A DNA stretch of 63,075 bases, counting the filler, from Chiloscyllium plagiosum (lineage: Eukaryota), in NCBI RefSeq assembly GCF_004010195.1. It is 3 parts of one record of this genome, joined end to end, with 100 filler letters (N's around TTAATTAATTAA, not from the genome) between each part and the next. Parts side by side here need not be neighbours in the genome. Positions count along the whole stretch, not along the records: positions 1 to 26,733 come from NC_057717.1; 2 more parts are not named here. The stretch is one strand, 5' to 3'. How positions within the stretch are numbered: position 1 is the first letter of the stretch; each line of letters opens with the position of its first letter. A program made the position numbers and the translations under genes. The notes under the pieces were generated by a model. It was given only the letters and a program-made list of their open reading frames with translations. It searched no databases and was not told the origin of the DNA. Of the stretch, positions 1 to 12,810 are shown piece by piece.

Positions 1-560
1 ATAGATTACAAGAGCTATATAGCACTTTGGTTAGGTCAAGATGGAATACTGTGTGCAGTTCAAGGATCCACATTACAGGATAGATGTGATTGCACTGAAA
101 GAGTCGCAGAGGAGATTCACCAGGATGTTCCCTGGAATGGAGCATATCATCTATGGAGAGAGGCTGGATACGCTCGGGTTGTTTACTTTGGAGCAGAGAA
201 GACTGAGGGGAACGTGATTCAGAAGGGTAAGATTACGAAGGGCATGGACAGGGTGCATAGATAGCAGCGGTTCCTTTAAGTCAGAGGGTCAAGAACAAAG
301 GAGCACACTTTTAAAGTGAAGGTTTTGAGGGTAAGAGAGGATTTCAGGATGGTTTTACACCCAGAGGATGTTGGTGTCTGGAATGCACTTTTTGAGAAGG
401 CAGTTGTTCTGGGTCATCTCACAGCCCGTTAAAAGGTACATGGACGAGCACTTGAAGTGTCATAACACTCACATCTATGGGCCTGATGTATGAAAGTTGG
501 TCTAATGTAGATTGTATTGTATTTCTGACTCTACAGAGTATGCTTCTGTGATTGTATGGC
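1..560 (+). mobile_element. CR1/HER1-type LINE 3' fragment (decayed ORF2 C-terminus and 3' UTR)
   Basis: Remnants of the LVRPxLEYCVQFW, QRRFTRMFPGME and WNAL motifs. Confidence 0.85.
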
Positions 561-849
561 TGTGGAAGGTCAATCACTGAGCAGCCTAAGACAGGAAATG
601 CTGGGTTTATGAAGCGTACATTAACAAGAGTGAAATGTAAAAGCTTCTCGACATACAGTATACCAAGGTGAACTGTTAGAGAAAATCATTGTAGCTTCCT
701 TACAGACTGAAACCAGAGAACAGGTAAATGGCAGGGCGATGAAGCAACCACTTCTGTTCTGCCTTCACAAAACAAACCTTTGAAAAAGTAAATTCCAAGC
801 ACTTCTCAATCTACTGAGAAAAAGTAAATGGAATCAAATCTGTACATAA

Positions 850-1290
850 AAAGTTTTGGAGAAATTATTTTGACTGAAACCTGATAAATCCCCATGACCT
901 GTTAATCTTCTCATTGATTACTAAGGGAGTTGGCCAAGGTAATAACTAATACTCTGTTTATCTTCTTACAAATGCTTGATGATTCTGGAACTGAATTCAC
1001 AGATTTGACAGCAGCAAATGTAACCCCAGTATTTCTAAAGAAGGCAGGGAATCACAGTCTGCTTAGCATCAAAAAAGCAATCTGGGCAATACAAGAGTCT
1101 ATTAGAAAGGACGCATTGCCAGGGAATTTGAAAATTACATTAATGTAAAAGTAATGAACATAGATAAAATCATTGACGATTTATTAAAGGCCATTCATAT
1201 TTGAGAAACTCATTGGGAAATAAATTATGACGCAGCAATGGATGCAGTGAATTTGGATTATCAGAAACATTTTTGATGAAGTCCCAAGTC
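850..1290 (+). mobile_element. Old CR1 LINE RT fragment (continues at ~4535-5790)
   Basis: Begins with a KPDKSP remnant and ends with an LDxQKxFDEVP remnant. It resumes after 4528 with ILAWVEN...DRKxR...GP, i.e. the next RT motifs. Confidence 0.7.
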
Positions 1291-1429
1291 TAGTGTTGTG
1301 ACATTGCTACTCCTTTAACACGTTTATTCTGTCCTTGTTTTATTTTTCATGGATGTCTTAAAAGCAGCGAATACAAAAAGTCTGGATTTGACGACTTGGG
1401 AATGCTTTCAAGTCTAAAATGAAAGCACG

Positions 1430-3735
1430 TACAGTGAGGAGCAAGGTATCATAGGTCTGGTCATGTACAATGAGACAAGAATAATTATTCACATCATAGT
1501 GAAGGAGTAATCACAGTATGGTTGAATTTAGAATACAAATGGAGAGTGTGAAGATAAAATCCAATACCAGGTTCCGGTGCTTCAGCAAGGGAGACTACAA
1601 TAGAATGAGGGAGGAGTTGGCTAATGTCTCCTCGAAATAAATATTCATGATGGGAGAGTTGACAAGCAGTGGAGAATTTTCAAAGGAGATTTTTAATTTC
1701 AGTGGCAAAAGTATATTCCAGTGAAAAGGAAATACTCTAAGAAAATAGGTAATCTGTCAATTGTGTCGAAGGAAATAAGGGATGCTATCAAATTGAAAGA
1801 GAAGGAATGTGAAGTGGCCAAGAGCAGCAGAAACCTCGAAGATTGGGGAAAATTTTAAAGGTAAACAGAAAGCCACAAAATGAACTATAGAGAAAAGTAT
1901 GATAGAACACGAGAGGAAAAAAAAAACAAGTACAGAATATAAAGATAGATAGATGATGGTATATAGCTTAAATATATAAAATGTAAAAGCATGGCTCAAG
2001 TAAATGTTGGTCCTTCAGATGATGGGAAGTGTCATTTAGTTATAGGATATGACGAAATGACAGAGGCATTGAACAGGTGTTTTGTATCTGTCATCATAAT
2101 GGAGGACACTGATAACATGCTAGGAATTGCCAAAGAGACGAAGGTAGGTGAGAACCTTGGAAACAATCATTATTATGGAAGAGATAGTGTTGGGCAAGTT
2201 AACGGAGCTGAGGGTAAGCAAGTCTCCTGGCCCTGACAGAATGCATCCCAGGGTTCTAGAAGAGATAGCAGGAGAAATAGCAACTGCAATTGTGGCAATT
2301 TGCGAAAATTTACTGAACCCCAGGACAGTCCCAGCAGATTGGAAAACAGCAAATGTGACGCGACTGTTTAAAAAGGGAGGTGAACAAAATATGGGGAATT
2401 ATAGACCAGTTAGCTTTTCCTGTGTAGTGGGGAAACTGCTTGAGTGTATTATCAAGGAAAAGGTAGCAAGGCATTTCGATAGAAATCGTCCCATTGCGCA
2501 GACGCAACATGGGCTCATGAAGAACAGGTCATGTTTAACAAGTCTTTTGGAAATTTATGGAGACAATACGAGCAAGGTGAACAACGAGGGCCCAGTGGGT
2601 ATGGTGTACCTAGATTTCCAAAAGGTCTTCAATAAGTTGCCGCACAAGAAGCTGATGCATAAGAAAAAGGTGCATGGCATTAAGGGTAAAGTATCAGCAC
2701 AGATAGAGGATTGCTTGACTAACAGGAAGCAAATTGTGAGTGTAAGTGAGTGCTATTCTGGCTGGCAATCAATACATAGTGGTGTGCCTCAGGTATCGGT
2801 GTTGGGGCCACAAATATTCACAATTTATATAGATGATTTGGAGTTGGAGAGAACGTGGAGTGTGTCAAGGTTTGTAGATGACACGAAGATGTGATTCATA
2901 GCAAAGCATACAGAGGACTGTGAGACTTCATAAATTTACATAGATACTTTGAGTGAGTGGGTAACGGTCTGGCCGATGGAATACAATGTTGATAAATGTG
3001 ATATCATCTATTTTGTTGGGAGTTCCAGTAAAAAGGATTATTACTTGAATGGTAAAACGTTACAGCACGCTGTTATACAAAGGGACCTGCGAAAGGGTCC
3101 TGCGTGTCCATGTGCATGAATCACAGAAGGTTGGTCTGCAGGTACAGCAATTACCGAGGAAAACAAATGGAATATTGTCCTTCAATGCTAAAGAGATTGA
3201 GGTTAAAAGCAGGCAAGTTAAGTTTCAGCTGTCCAGGGTGCTGGTGAGGTCACACCTGGAGTACTGTGTGCATTTTTGGTCTCCTTCCTTCAGGAAAGAC
3301 ATACTGGCACTCGAGGGGGTGCAGAGGTGGTTTACTCGGGTGATTCCAGAGATGAGGGATTTGGCTTATGAGATGTGACTTAGCGTACTGGAACTATATT
3401 CATTGGAATTTCGAAGAAAGAGGGGATGATCTCATAGAAACTTAGAAAATTATGCAGTGAGTATATAAGATAGAAGTAGAGAGGATGTTTCCACTGGCAG
3501 GTGAAGCTAGGACAAGAGGGAATGGCCTCAACATTAGAGGGAGTAGATTTAGGATTGAATTGAGAGGGAACCTCTTCACCCAGAGGTTTGTAATCTCTGG
3601 AATTCCCTGCCCAGTTAAGTAATTGGTACTACCTCAGTAAATGTATTGAAAACTAAGGTAGATACTGTTTGAACAATAAAGTAAATAAGGGATACTTTAA
3701 GAGCGCGGGAAGTAGATCAGAGGCCACGAGTAAAA
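1430..3735 (+). mobile_element. CR1 LINE ORF2 (reverse transcriptase) pseudogene
   Basis: ORF 2148-2894 has KSPGPDRMHPRVL, NYRPVS, YLDFQKVFNK, SGVPQVSVLGP and FVDDTK. ORF 3049-3378 has LVRSHLEYCVHFWSP. Stops and frameshifts lie between them. Confidence 0.95.
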
Positions 3736-3744
3736 TCGTGGCCT

Positions 3745-3955
3745 CGAGCGTGGGTTTCCTCCGGGTGCTCCGGTTTCCTCCCACATTCCAAAGATGTGCA
3801 GGTCAGGTGAATTGGCCATGCTAAATTGCCCGTAGTGTTAGGTAAAAGGGGTAAATGTAGGGGAATGGGTGGGTTGTGCTTCGGCGGGTTTGTGTGGACT
3901 TGTTGGGCCGAAGGGCCTTCTACACTGTAAGTAATCTGTAAGTAATCTAATCTAA
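3745..3955 (+). mobile_element. 5'-truncated HE1-type (V-)SINE
   Basis: gcgtgggtttcctccgggtgctccggtttcctcccaca.tccaaagatgtgcagg core and a (taatc)n tail. Confidence 0.85.
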
Positions 3956-4534
3956 ATCAGTCATGATCTTATTGAATGGCAGAGGACCAGACCGCCTACT
4001 CCTGCTCCAAGGTCTTCTGTTCTTCTGTTCTTACGAAAAGGGAGTGGCCAGTTATCCCAGTTCAGCTCCTCTGCTTTGGTTTGTTTGGTCTGATTTTCCA
4101 CAGTCTACCTGTTTACTTAAAGCAGGCAGCCAGTTGTGAAGCTACCGGACTCAAAGAAGCAGGTCCATGTTGTTGCTCCCTTGCTCGGACATCTCTCCTG
4201 TTAGAAACTGGGTTTGATTTTTTTTTGCTTTCGGTTTTGCCATGGGGTGTTTATGTGGATTAAATCAAGTACTTGGAACACCATCATTAAGTTGGGATAA
4301 TCTGTTGGGTTTTCGGTTATGTGAAGTTATTCTGTATTGTATCCGCTTCTCTTTGCGTCTCACTCAGTAATCTTGCAAAGACATTCCGTTTTGTTTAAAT
4401 TTAAGTGATTTGACCAGCTGCATCACTCCTGGAATATCCGCCTTACACTTGCTTAAGTCAACGAGCAAAAGCTGGGTCTGTGCTACTTCCTTGAAATGAT
4501 TTGAAGTGGTCTGTCCTGGCCCATAACATTGTGT

Positions 4535-5790
4535 AACAGCTAGATCTATTATACTGGCATGGGTTGAGAATAGGAGAGCTGACAGGAAAAAGAGAATCAG
4601 CATAAACCGTTTCATATATTTTGGAGTAGAAAGCCATGACTAGTAGGATAATCCAGGAATTGATGTTTGGGCCCCATCTATTCAGAAAGCGGATCAAACA
4701 TGTGTTCATGGGTATTAAATATAATCTTACCAAATCTGCTGATGGTACCAAACTGAGATTGTGAGTGGGTGAGGAGGATATAAAAAAGTTTCAAGGTGAT
4801 TGAGACAAGTGGACGAAATGGTAAAATACGTGGCAGATGAAGAACAATGTGGATAGATATTACATTGAGCATTTTGGTTGGAAAAATAGGCGAACAGGCG
4901 AGCATTTCAAAAGGAATTAATGTAAAAAAGTTGCTGCATGAAGATACTTATGTGCATACTTTTGTTGACTTCTTCACTAAACTCCAAGGTCCATGCAGGG
5001 CAGTGAGTTCTGAAGCCAGAAGTCAATACTGGGATTGATATTGGCACACTGACCAGTATACATCAACCCACCAAGTGGAGAGCTGTATCATTGAAAAGTA
5101 CCTCGATCTCCTTGTACACCAGTCACAGAAAGCAATACTGCTGCAACGGAAAGCAGGTAGGAAGACAAATAATGTATTGACCTTCATTTCTGGGGAATTT
5201 GAGTCCAGGTGTGTCTTACTGCAGCTACACAGGGCCTTGGTGAGCCCCCATCTCGAACATTGTGCAATATTGTGTGCAGTATTGGTCTCCTTACCTAATA
5301 AAGCACAAATCCGACATTGAGGGAGTGCCGTGAAGGATGACCAAACTGATCTCTGGGATGACAGGCTTGTTGTGGGAGCAGAGTTTGAGGCGACTGGGCC
5401 TGTATTCCATGGAGTTTAGGAAAATGGGTGGAGATCTCAGTGAAATATATAAAAGTCTGACAGGGTGAAACGGATTGTCAGCAGGGATGATAATTCCACT
5501 GGCTGGGACGTCTATAACAAGATCACAGTGTTAGGTACAGGCAAGCCACTCTGCATTGAGATGAGAATAAATGTCTGCACTCGCAGACTGGTAAACCTGG
5601 GGAATTCTGTCCCACATAAGACTGTGGAATCTAAGGCACTGAATATAAATAAGGATTTATAGACACTTAAAGGGGTGAAGTTGCAGCAGGAGTATTGTGT
5701 GGCGATACAGGATCAGCCATTGTTATATTGAATGGGAGAGCAAAATTGACGGACCAAAGTTCCTACTTCATATCTTTCTGATATATGATC
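4535..5790 (+). mobile_element. Decayed CR1 LINE 3' part
   Basis: ORF 5075-5320 has LLQLHRALVSPHLEHC; CR1-like 3' UTR follows. Confidence 0.8.
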
Positions 5791-6429
5791 ACTTCAAAGG
5801 ATGTACAGTATATAGTGTGAGGGAAAAGTTAATTGAAGAGTTGTTTGGCCAAAACCTAGAGCGGGGAAGGCTCAATGTGTTGAAAGGCCGACTCATTTCG
5901 CGACATTTCTGTGCAGTCTGTGGGAAAGCTCTGTTAATGTTGTCATAAGCTCTCAGATGTAAGGAAGGAAGTCTCTGCAGTGTCGCCAGGACTGTGCTTC
6001 CTATTCCCTTTTCCGATACAGAGGCAGGTGCCGGGTGTTATTTCATTTTTATCCTTTAAGATCTCGGAGAAGTTTGATACAACGGCCTTGCATGGCCGCT
6101 TCCGAGACCATTGAAGAGTTTACCTCATGTCTGTGTGTCTAGAGTCACTTTTTGGCTCGACCAGGAAAGCACGGGAGATTCACATCCTGAATGTACATTG
6201 GGGAAGGAAATTTACGTTGACAATGGACATGCGCTTCAAGGTCAATATTACTGACACCAGATTTTAGATCTCAATATTTTAGTAATTGTTTCTAACTTCC
6301 ACCAACTGCCAGAGCATTATTCTGGTCTGGATTAGTAACCAGTGACATTTCCACAGCAACACCGTCTCCACATGGGGGCCTATCGGAAACAGCACTGTGC
6401 ACGTTATTTCTGTGCTGGTCGACAGCTCT

Positions 6430-6860
6430 GTCAAATGAATTCTCATCAATTTGACTATCGTGATGGGACTGAGGGGGTGGTAATTGGTCAGATTGTAATT
6501 ATTCTCCTCTTAGGGGACGGGACACTTTTGTGTAATTTTCAGCATTGTCAGGAAGATGTCAGAGTTGGAGCTGGAATGAAACAGCTTCCACAGAGACAAG
6601 GCTTGTTGTGCAGCACAAGTCTTTAGTTCTATTGCAGGAATGGTGCCAGGGCCCATTCCACTTTGTCGTATCTACTGTGTTCAACTGTTTCTTCATGTTA
6701 CGTGCAGAGAATCGAATTGTTTGAAGTCTGGCATCTGTGATTCTGTGGGGATAATCCAAGCAACACTCCTGGCGGAGGATGGTGTTTGCACTGCATCCTT
6801 GTCTTTTACACTGATGTGCAGGAAGGTTCCATTTTTTCGCAGAATGGTAAAGCAATAGCC
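6430..6860 (-). mobile_element. CR1-like LINE RT fragment
   Basis: Minus-strand MKKQLNTVDTTK...GP resembles the KKRLKALDTAKAMGPD motif. Confidence 0.6.
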
Positions 6861-6869
6861 AAGTAGTGT

Positions 6870-7170
6870 TGCTGCTGATGTGTTAGTCTAACAACCCCTG
6901 GTGACCTGAGTTCGAATCCTGTTACAGCACATGATGGAATTCAAATCTAATAAATATTTGGGATTAAGAGTTTAATGATGATCATGAATCAATTGCTGAT
7001 TGTGGGAGAAATCGATTTGATTCACTGATGTCCTTTAGGGAAGGAAAATGCTATCCATACATGCTCTGGCCCACATGTAACTCCACACACACACAGCAAT
7101 GTCATTGACTCTTAACAGTCCTCCGGGCAATAAATGCTGACCTAGTCAGCGACGCCCTAGTCCCAATGGA
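6870..7170 (+). mobile_element. tRNA-derived shark SINE remnant
   Basis: B-box-like gagttcgaatcc followed by the ttcactgatgtcctttagggaaggaaa body typical of a common shark SINE. Confidence 0.6.
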
Positions 7171-7764
7171 CATTGTTTTCAACTAATATTTGTGGAGTCC
7201 TTTTCTCTCGTCAGGTGTTCCATGGTTCAACTCCATTTCTGACTGGATGTGGCAGGACTGCAGAGCTTCGATCTGATCCGTTTGCTTTGTAATCATGTTG
7301 CCCTCTCTATCAGATATTAGTCCTGCTGTTTGGAATGTAAGTACAATAGTCAGTGTGATAGATTTAAATGGATTGTCATCAGTTTTAGGTACACATGGTT
7401 CTGACTCTGGTATATTCACCCACAATCGTCAATGAAACATCGATCCGATAATGGGAATAATAGACTGAAAGATTAGACTGGGCAAAACGTTACAGGTTGT
7501 AACTGAATACTATTCTCCTTCTGTCCAGCTGTGTTCTACAGTACCACATGAATTTCCAGGTTTGAGCTGCAATTTCTGCATTGCAGTTCAGCTGTCTGTC
7601 CCCCAGTTCACACCGAGACCCATTCACCCAACACCCCATGACCTACCCTGTTTACTGACGTGGTAACACTTCCATTTTAATATTCTCATTCCTCTGAGTG
7701 TCTGTCCATGGTGTCACACCTCTTGCTTGTCATGTTTCTGAAAACCCCTAAATATTTTCCGTGG

Positions 7765-8075
7765 GATAGCACCGTGGCTCAGTGGTTAGCGTTGCTGCCT
7801 CACAGCGGTGGGGAACCAGGTCCGATTCCATCCTCTGGCAACTGTCTTGCACATATTTGTGTGAGTCTTTTTCCACGTGCTCTGGTTCCCTCCCACAATC
7901 CAAAAATGTGCAGGTTATTGGCCTTGCTAAACTGCCTATAGTGTTCAGGAATATGCAGGTTAGGTCCATTAGTCAGGCGTAAATATAGGATAGGGGAATG
8001 GGTCTGGTTGGTTTAGTCTTCAGAGAATCGGTGTGGACTTTTTGGGCAGAAGGGCCTGCTTCCACATTGTAACGA
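7765..8075 (+). mobile_element. HE1-type SINE, near full length
   Basis: gtggctcagtggttagc A-box head, core, and gaagggcctgcttccaca tail. Confidence 0.85.
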
Positions 8076-8334
8076 TTTTTATTCTGATGTTCATCTGAAT
8101 CTTTTCCGTCCAATCGTGCCACTTTCATTTTAACATTGTGTAACTGTTTCTCTCTGTTTCTCTCCATGGCCTTTATTGAGAACTTTGCAGTGTCAATGAT
8201 GCCAATCTTATGTAATTTCAGAACCAATGAATTTGTACGTCTTGCGTTATTGTTCACTTCCCAGTGTATGGTGCTCCATATTGGACAGGGAGTTTGAACA
8301 GCTTTGATACACGTCTTTCAAGCTGTTCAAAACC

Positions 8335-9160
8335 AGAAATTGTTGGAGAAACTCAGCAAGTTTGGCAGCATCTGTGAAGACAGAGAACAGAGGTAAACGG
8401 TTCAAGTCCAGCTTGACCCTTGTTCAGAATTGAAAAGGACGTTTTAATCCCTTGACAAAAGTGGACGAGGAATGATGGTAAACATGTTGGAGAAACTCAG
8501 CAAGTTTGGCAGCATCTGTGAAGACAGAGAATAGAGGTAACGTTTCATGTCCAGCTTGACCCTTGTTCAGAATTGAAAAGGACGTTTTAATCTCTTGACA
8601 AAAGTGGACGAGTGATGATGGGAAACAGAGCATGTGGAGGTGCAATGTCACAGAGAGGGGCTTTTGATTGTGGTGAAAGAGAAAGAGAAACAGTGTAAAT
8701 TGAGTGTATATTAAAGTGTGAATGGGAGAAATGGCTTCTCTGTACTGAGTGCAATATAAACAAGACATAATCAAGGTCATAGGAAAAGCAGGAAGCAGAA
8801 TTTATGAATAATGGAGAACAGCCAAAATGAGTTCAGACTGTGAAGTTATGGAAATGAATGTTAACTCCTACGGGCTCTAACGTACAATGCGTAAAGTGAG
8901 GTGTTACTCGAGCTTGGGTTGTGCTTCACTGGAAATTGCAGCAGCGCAGGACCGAAATGTCAGCATGAGAGCAAGGAAGGTTATTGAAATGGGAAGCAGT
9001 GCGAAGGTCAGAGTTATTCCTCCAGAAAGAGTGGGAATATTCCCCAGTGCAGTCTCTGTTTGGTCTAACCAGTGTAAAGGAGACTGCATTGTGAGCAGCA
9101 ATGATAGGAGACTGGATTGAAAGAGTACAAATGAAATGTTGCTTCACCTGAGAGGTGTGA
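8335..9160 (-). mobile_element. Penelope-like element remnant (GIY-YIG C-terminus plus duplicated terminal region)
   Basis: ORF 8926-9147(-) has VKQHFICT...ASHFNNLPCSHADISVL, resembling vertebrate PLE GIY-YIG. The terminal segment is tandemly duplicated (8341-8469 and 8485-8611). Confidence 0.7.
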
Positions 9161-9936
9161 TTAAGTCAGTGTCCGCTGATCATATGTTCAACCACATGCA
9201 GAAGTTCTCCCTGAATGATTGAATAGAACCAGACATCTAACTTGAGGATTTCTGTCTCACATCTGGCCTGAGTCGTGATGTGGAATTGCACCCAGAGGAA
9301 GGTCAGTGGGTATGCATTGGCAGACAGTCAAGCAGATATCCCATACTGCTGAGAAATCATTGTTTCTGTTCGAAAAGATTAGCCTCGAACGAAGATGAAC
9401 CACCCGTGGTTCACAATGTCTGTCAAGGATACTATTCAATAACAAATTAGCGAGCCCAGATTTAGGACATTTATTTCAGGGACCAGAAGCAGATGCGAGG
9501 CATGAATTTCAATTGTGCTTCCGAAATTACACCTTGAAATCCCTGCCATTGTTGCTCCATCCTCTTCCCTGCTTGTCTCCCCTTCCTGATTCCAGGTTCT
9601 CCCTCTCCAATTACAGAGCACATTCTCTCACATTATGGTCCCTACTCTCTACAACTGAAGTTCTTTGATTAAGTCTACCTTCCCTGCAGTAGCATCAAGC
9701 TCCGTTTGTACTGCCACTTTGCCTCTGGTCTCAGTGTGGGTCGGCCTTTCCATTCCTGCTGTTTTAAACCTCCCACTCACATCTCACTCCGGAAAGTTTC
9801 CTTTTTGGAGTAAACTTTATTGAAAACCCCTCTTCCCGTTTGCACTGAATAATCCAAAGATCAAAAATATTCTCAGCCTTCGTCTCACTGTGCGAAAGGC
9901 AACTGCATGCTGACCGTGTGGTATAACAATTCCCTT

Positions 9937-10632
9937 NNNNNNNNNNNNNNNNNNNNNNNNNNNNNNNNNNNNNNNNNNNNNNNNNNNNNNNNNNNNNNNN
10001 NNNNNNNNNNNNNNNNNNNNNNNNNNNNNNNNNNNNNNNNNNNNNNNNNNNNNNNNNNNNNNNNNNNNNNNNNNNNNNNNNNNNNNNNNNNNNNNNNNNN
10101 NNNNNNNNNNNNNNNNNNNNNNNNNNNNNNNNNNNNNNNNNNNNNNNNNNNNNNNNNNNNNNNNNNNNNNNNNNNNNNNNNNNNNNNNNNNNNNNNNNNN
10201 NNNNNNNNNNNNNNNNNNNNNNNNNNNNNNNNNNNNNNNNNNNNNNNNNNNNNNNNNNNNNNNNNNNNNNNNNNNNNNNNNNNNNNNNNNNNNNNNNNNN
10301 NNNNNNNNNNNNNNNNNNNNNNNNNNNNNNNNNNNNNNNNNNNNNNNNNNNNNNNNNNNNNNNNNNNNNNNNNNNNNNNNNNNNNNNNNNNNNNNNNNNN
10401 NNNNNNNNNNNNNNNNNNNNNNNNNNNNNNNNNNNNNNNNNNNNNNNNNNNNNNNNNNNNNNNNNNNNNNNNNNNNNNNNNNNNNNNNNNNNNNNNNNNN
10501 NNNNNNNNNNNNNNNNNNNNNNNNNNNNNNNNNNNNNNNNNNNNNNNNNNNNNNNNNNNNNNNNNNNNNNNNNNNNNNNNNNNNNNNNNNNNNNNNNNNN
10601 NNNNNNNNNNNNNNNNNNNNNNNNNNNNNNNN
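9937..10632. other. Assembly gap (others: 28195-28368, 42520-43019, 59384-60060)
   Basis: Runs of N. Confidence 1.
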
Positions 10633-11950
10633 TGTATTTGACATCAATCCTCACAGGAGAAAGCACTGTAAGTATTTCAAAATCCTCAAGAAAATGGTAA
10701 TAGGAGGGTTCTCGAACTGTCTCTAACAAAAGGTACAAGGTTTTTAAAAACAGATAAAACTAAGGATAGGCACGTAAGCAGTAATTCAAAATTGGCTTTA
10801 AAGGAAGTGGTTACAGAGTGACTGGTGCCACTGTGTGAAATATTCCATCACTCTCTGGATTACAAAGGTTTTCCAGCGAAACTCGTGAAGCTCCAATATG
10901 TCGCCTGTTTTCAAGGATGGGGCGAAAATGAAATCAGGAACCATTTAGCCTAACCATTATTGCTGGGAATCTGCGACAGTATGTTATTAAGGAAGGAATT
11001 GCAGGGCATTTAGAAAAGCTTCAGGCAGAGTCAGCATGATTTTGTGAAAGGGAAACTATATTTTGCCTTGTAAAACCATGCAAAGTTTTTTTTTTTGGAA
11101 GTCCCTGAGAATGTAACAAGCGGACTTGATAAAAGGTAACTGGTAGACATGAGGCTTTCCAGAGATTTTCCACAAGGTATCACAATGTAAAGGCTCTTCC
11201 ACCAGACAGAAACTCATAGTATGATGGATAACATGGGATGACAGATCGTTATCTCATAGAAATTGGAGAGTCAGGATTCACCGATCTTTATGATAAAGAC
11301 ATATCTTCTGGTGTAGTACCAATATCAGTCCAGTGGCTTCAGTTATTTACATCTATACTGAGAGCCTGAAGGAGGGAGATGAGTGCAATTAACATCCGAA
11401 TTTGAGGATGACAGTGACAACCAAAAGGCAGGCTGTTGTTTAATGAAGATGAGTCCCAAAAAAGGAGCAGTACAAAGGGATTGGAGTGTTCCTGTGCATG
11501 AAACATTGAGTCAGCATGCTGATGCAGAAAATAACTAGATTGTTACATTAAGCGGGTTTCTGGGATGAAAGGGTTGAATTGTTGAGTACATCAAAAATGG
11601 TGAGGCAATTATTCATTGTGCTTGAAATGAATGAGCGTGACATTACTGAAATGGACAAGATTCAGAGGGGGCTTGACAAGGTATTTGTTGAGAATGTGGT
11701 TCCAAACCTGCGCAGAGTGTCTCACTCCGGGACATTGATACAGAATAAGGGATATCGAATTCAAACTGAGATGTAAAGAAATGTCATCTTTCAGAAGGTA
11801 GTGAATTTCTGCAATTCCCGATCACAAAGAGTTGTGGAAGCTGGGTCACTGAATGTATTTACAGACGGGGTGGATTGGCTTCGGACATAAAAGCGATTTG
11901 AGAGATACGAGGGATAACAGGAAAGTGGAGTTGAGCCAGCCTCGATTCTA
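10633..11950 (+). mobile_element. Highly decayed CR1 LINE (also ~43700-45170)
   Basis: Residual RT and 3' end motifs (DFxKxFHKVS; ttcagaaggtagtgaatt). Confidence 0.65.
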
Positions 11951-12479
11951 CAAGTACATTTTCGAAATAAGACCTAACCATCAGTGTGGCCTCGATCTGG
12001 CCCTGTGTAGCAGGTCCGAAGGGCTGAATAGAACATCAGAACATAGGGCTGAGGGACACGAGTCGGCCATTTGACACTACTGCACCAGTAAAGTAGGTTA
12101 TGGTTTATCGCATTGTGCTCTCAGCTGCACTTTTCTCTCCATGCACCATTATCCCTGATATACATGTCTATGGAAAATCAGACGAAGTCAGCCTCGATAT
12201 AATATAAAGATTCAGCCATCACAAACTTCTGGAAAAGAGAATTCCCACTTGAATAAATGGCCACTTTGTGAATTCTCCTCACTCCGGTTCTGACAGTGGT
12301 TGCAGGGTGCGGCTGTTACCTTTTCTAGTACCGCTCCTCCACTGTTTGCAACAAATTTAAATGTAACCAGGTTAGAGATATGGCCGATAATAAAGGTCTC
12401 GGACTGGGTCAGGTTCAGTGATAGAAACAAGTCAGGCAGATTTCTTTAGTCAGCCACATATAACTAATAGAAATATCGG

Positions 12480-12810
12480 AGCAGCATGGTGGATCTGTGG
12501 TTAGCACTGCTGCCTCATACCACCAAGGCGCTGAGTTCAATTGCAATCTTCAATTCTCCCCGTGTCTGCATGTGTTTCCTTCCGGTGATCCAGTTTCCTC
12601 CCACAGTCCAAAGATGGGCAGGTTAGAGTTAATTGGACATGTTCAATTACCCATACTGCTCAGGGATGTGTAGATTAGGTGGTTAAGTCAAGGAAAATGC
12701 AGGATTACATGGTTAGGGTAGGGGGACAGTTCTGGGTGGGATACTATTCAGTGGGCCAGTGTGGAGTCTTAGACAGAATGTCCTGCTTCCACACTGTAGA
12801 GGTTCTATGA
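12480..12810 (+). mobile_element. HE1-type SINE (orthologous insertion at ~45718-46050)
   Basis: tggttagcactgctgcctca head and tttcctcccacagtccaaagatg core. Confidence 0.85.

Larger units (their letters stand above)
1297..4528 (+). mobile_element. Gypsy-type solo LTR (TG...CA) split into ~1297-1425 and ~4035-4528 by a CR1 insertion
   Basis: Start tgtgacattgctact and end gtggtctg.cctgg.ccataaca match the LTR at 34713-35407. Confidence 0.7.

Noticed and set aside
2148..2894. Functional reverse transcriptase gene
   Set aside because: Truncated by a stop right after FVDDTKM, with substitutions in conserved motifs; a dead CR1 copy.
7700..7720. REST/RE1 site (ctgtccatggtg)
   Set aside because: Only a partial match; the required CTGA end is missing.
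7765..7835. tRNA gene
   Set aside because: tRNA-like head of a SINE, continuous with the SINE body.
9764..10738. Long ORFs spanning N runs (also at 28.1-28.5, 42.4-43.1 and 59.3-60.3 kb)
   Set aside because: Artefacts of translating gaps.
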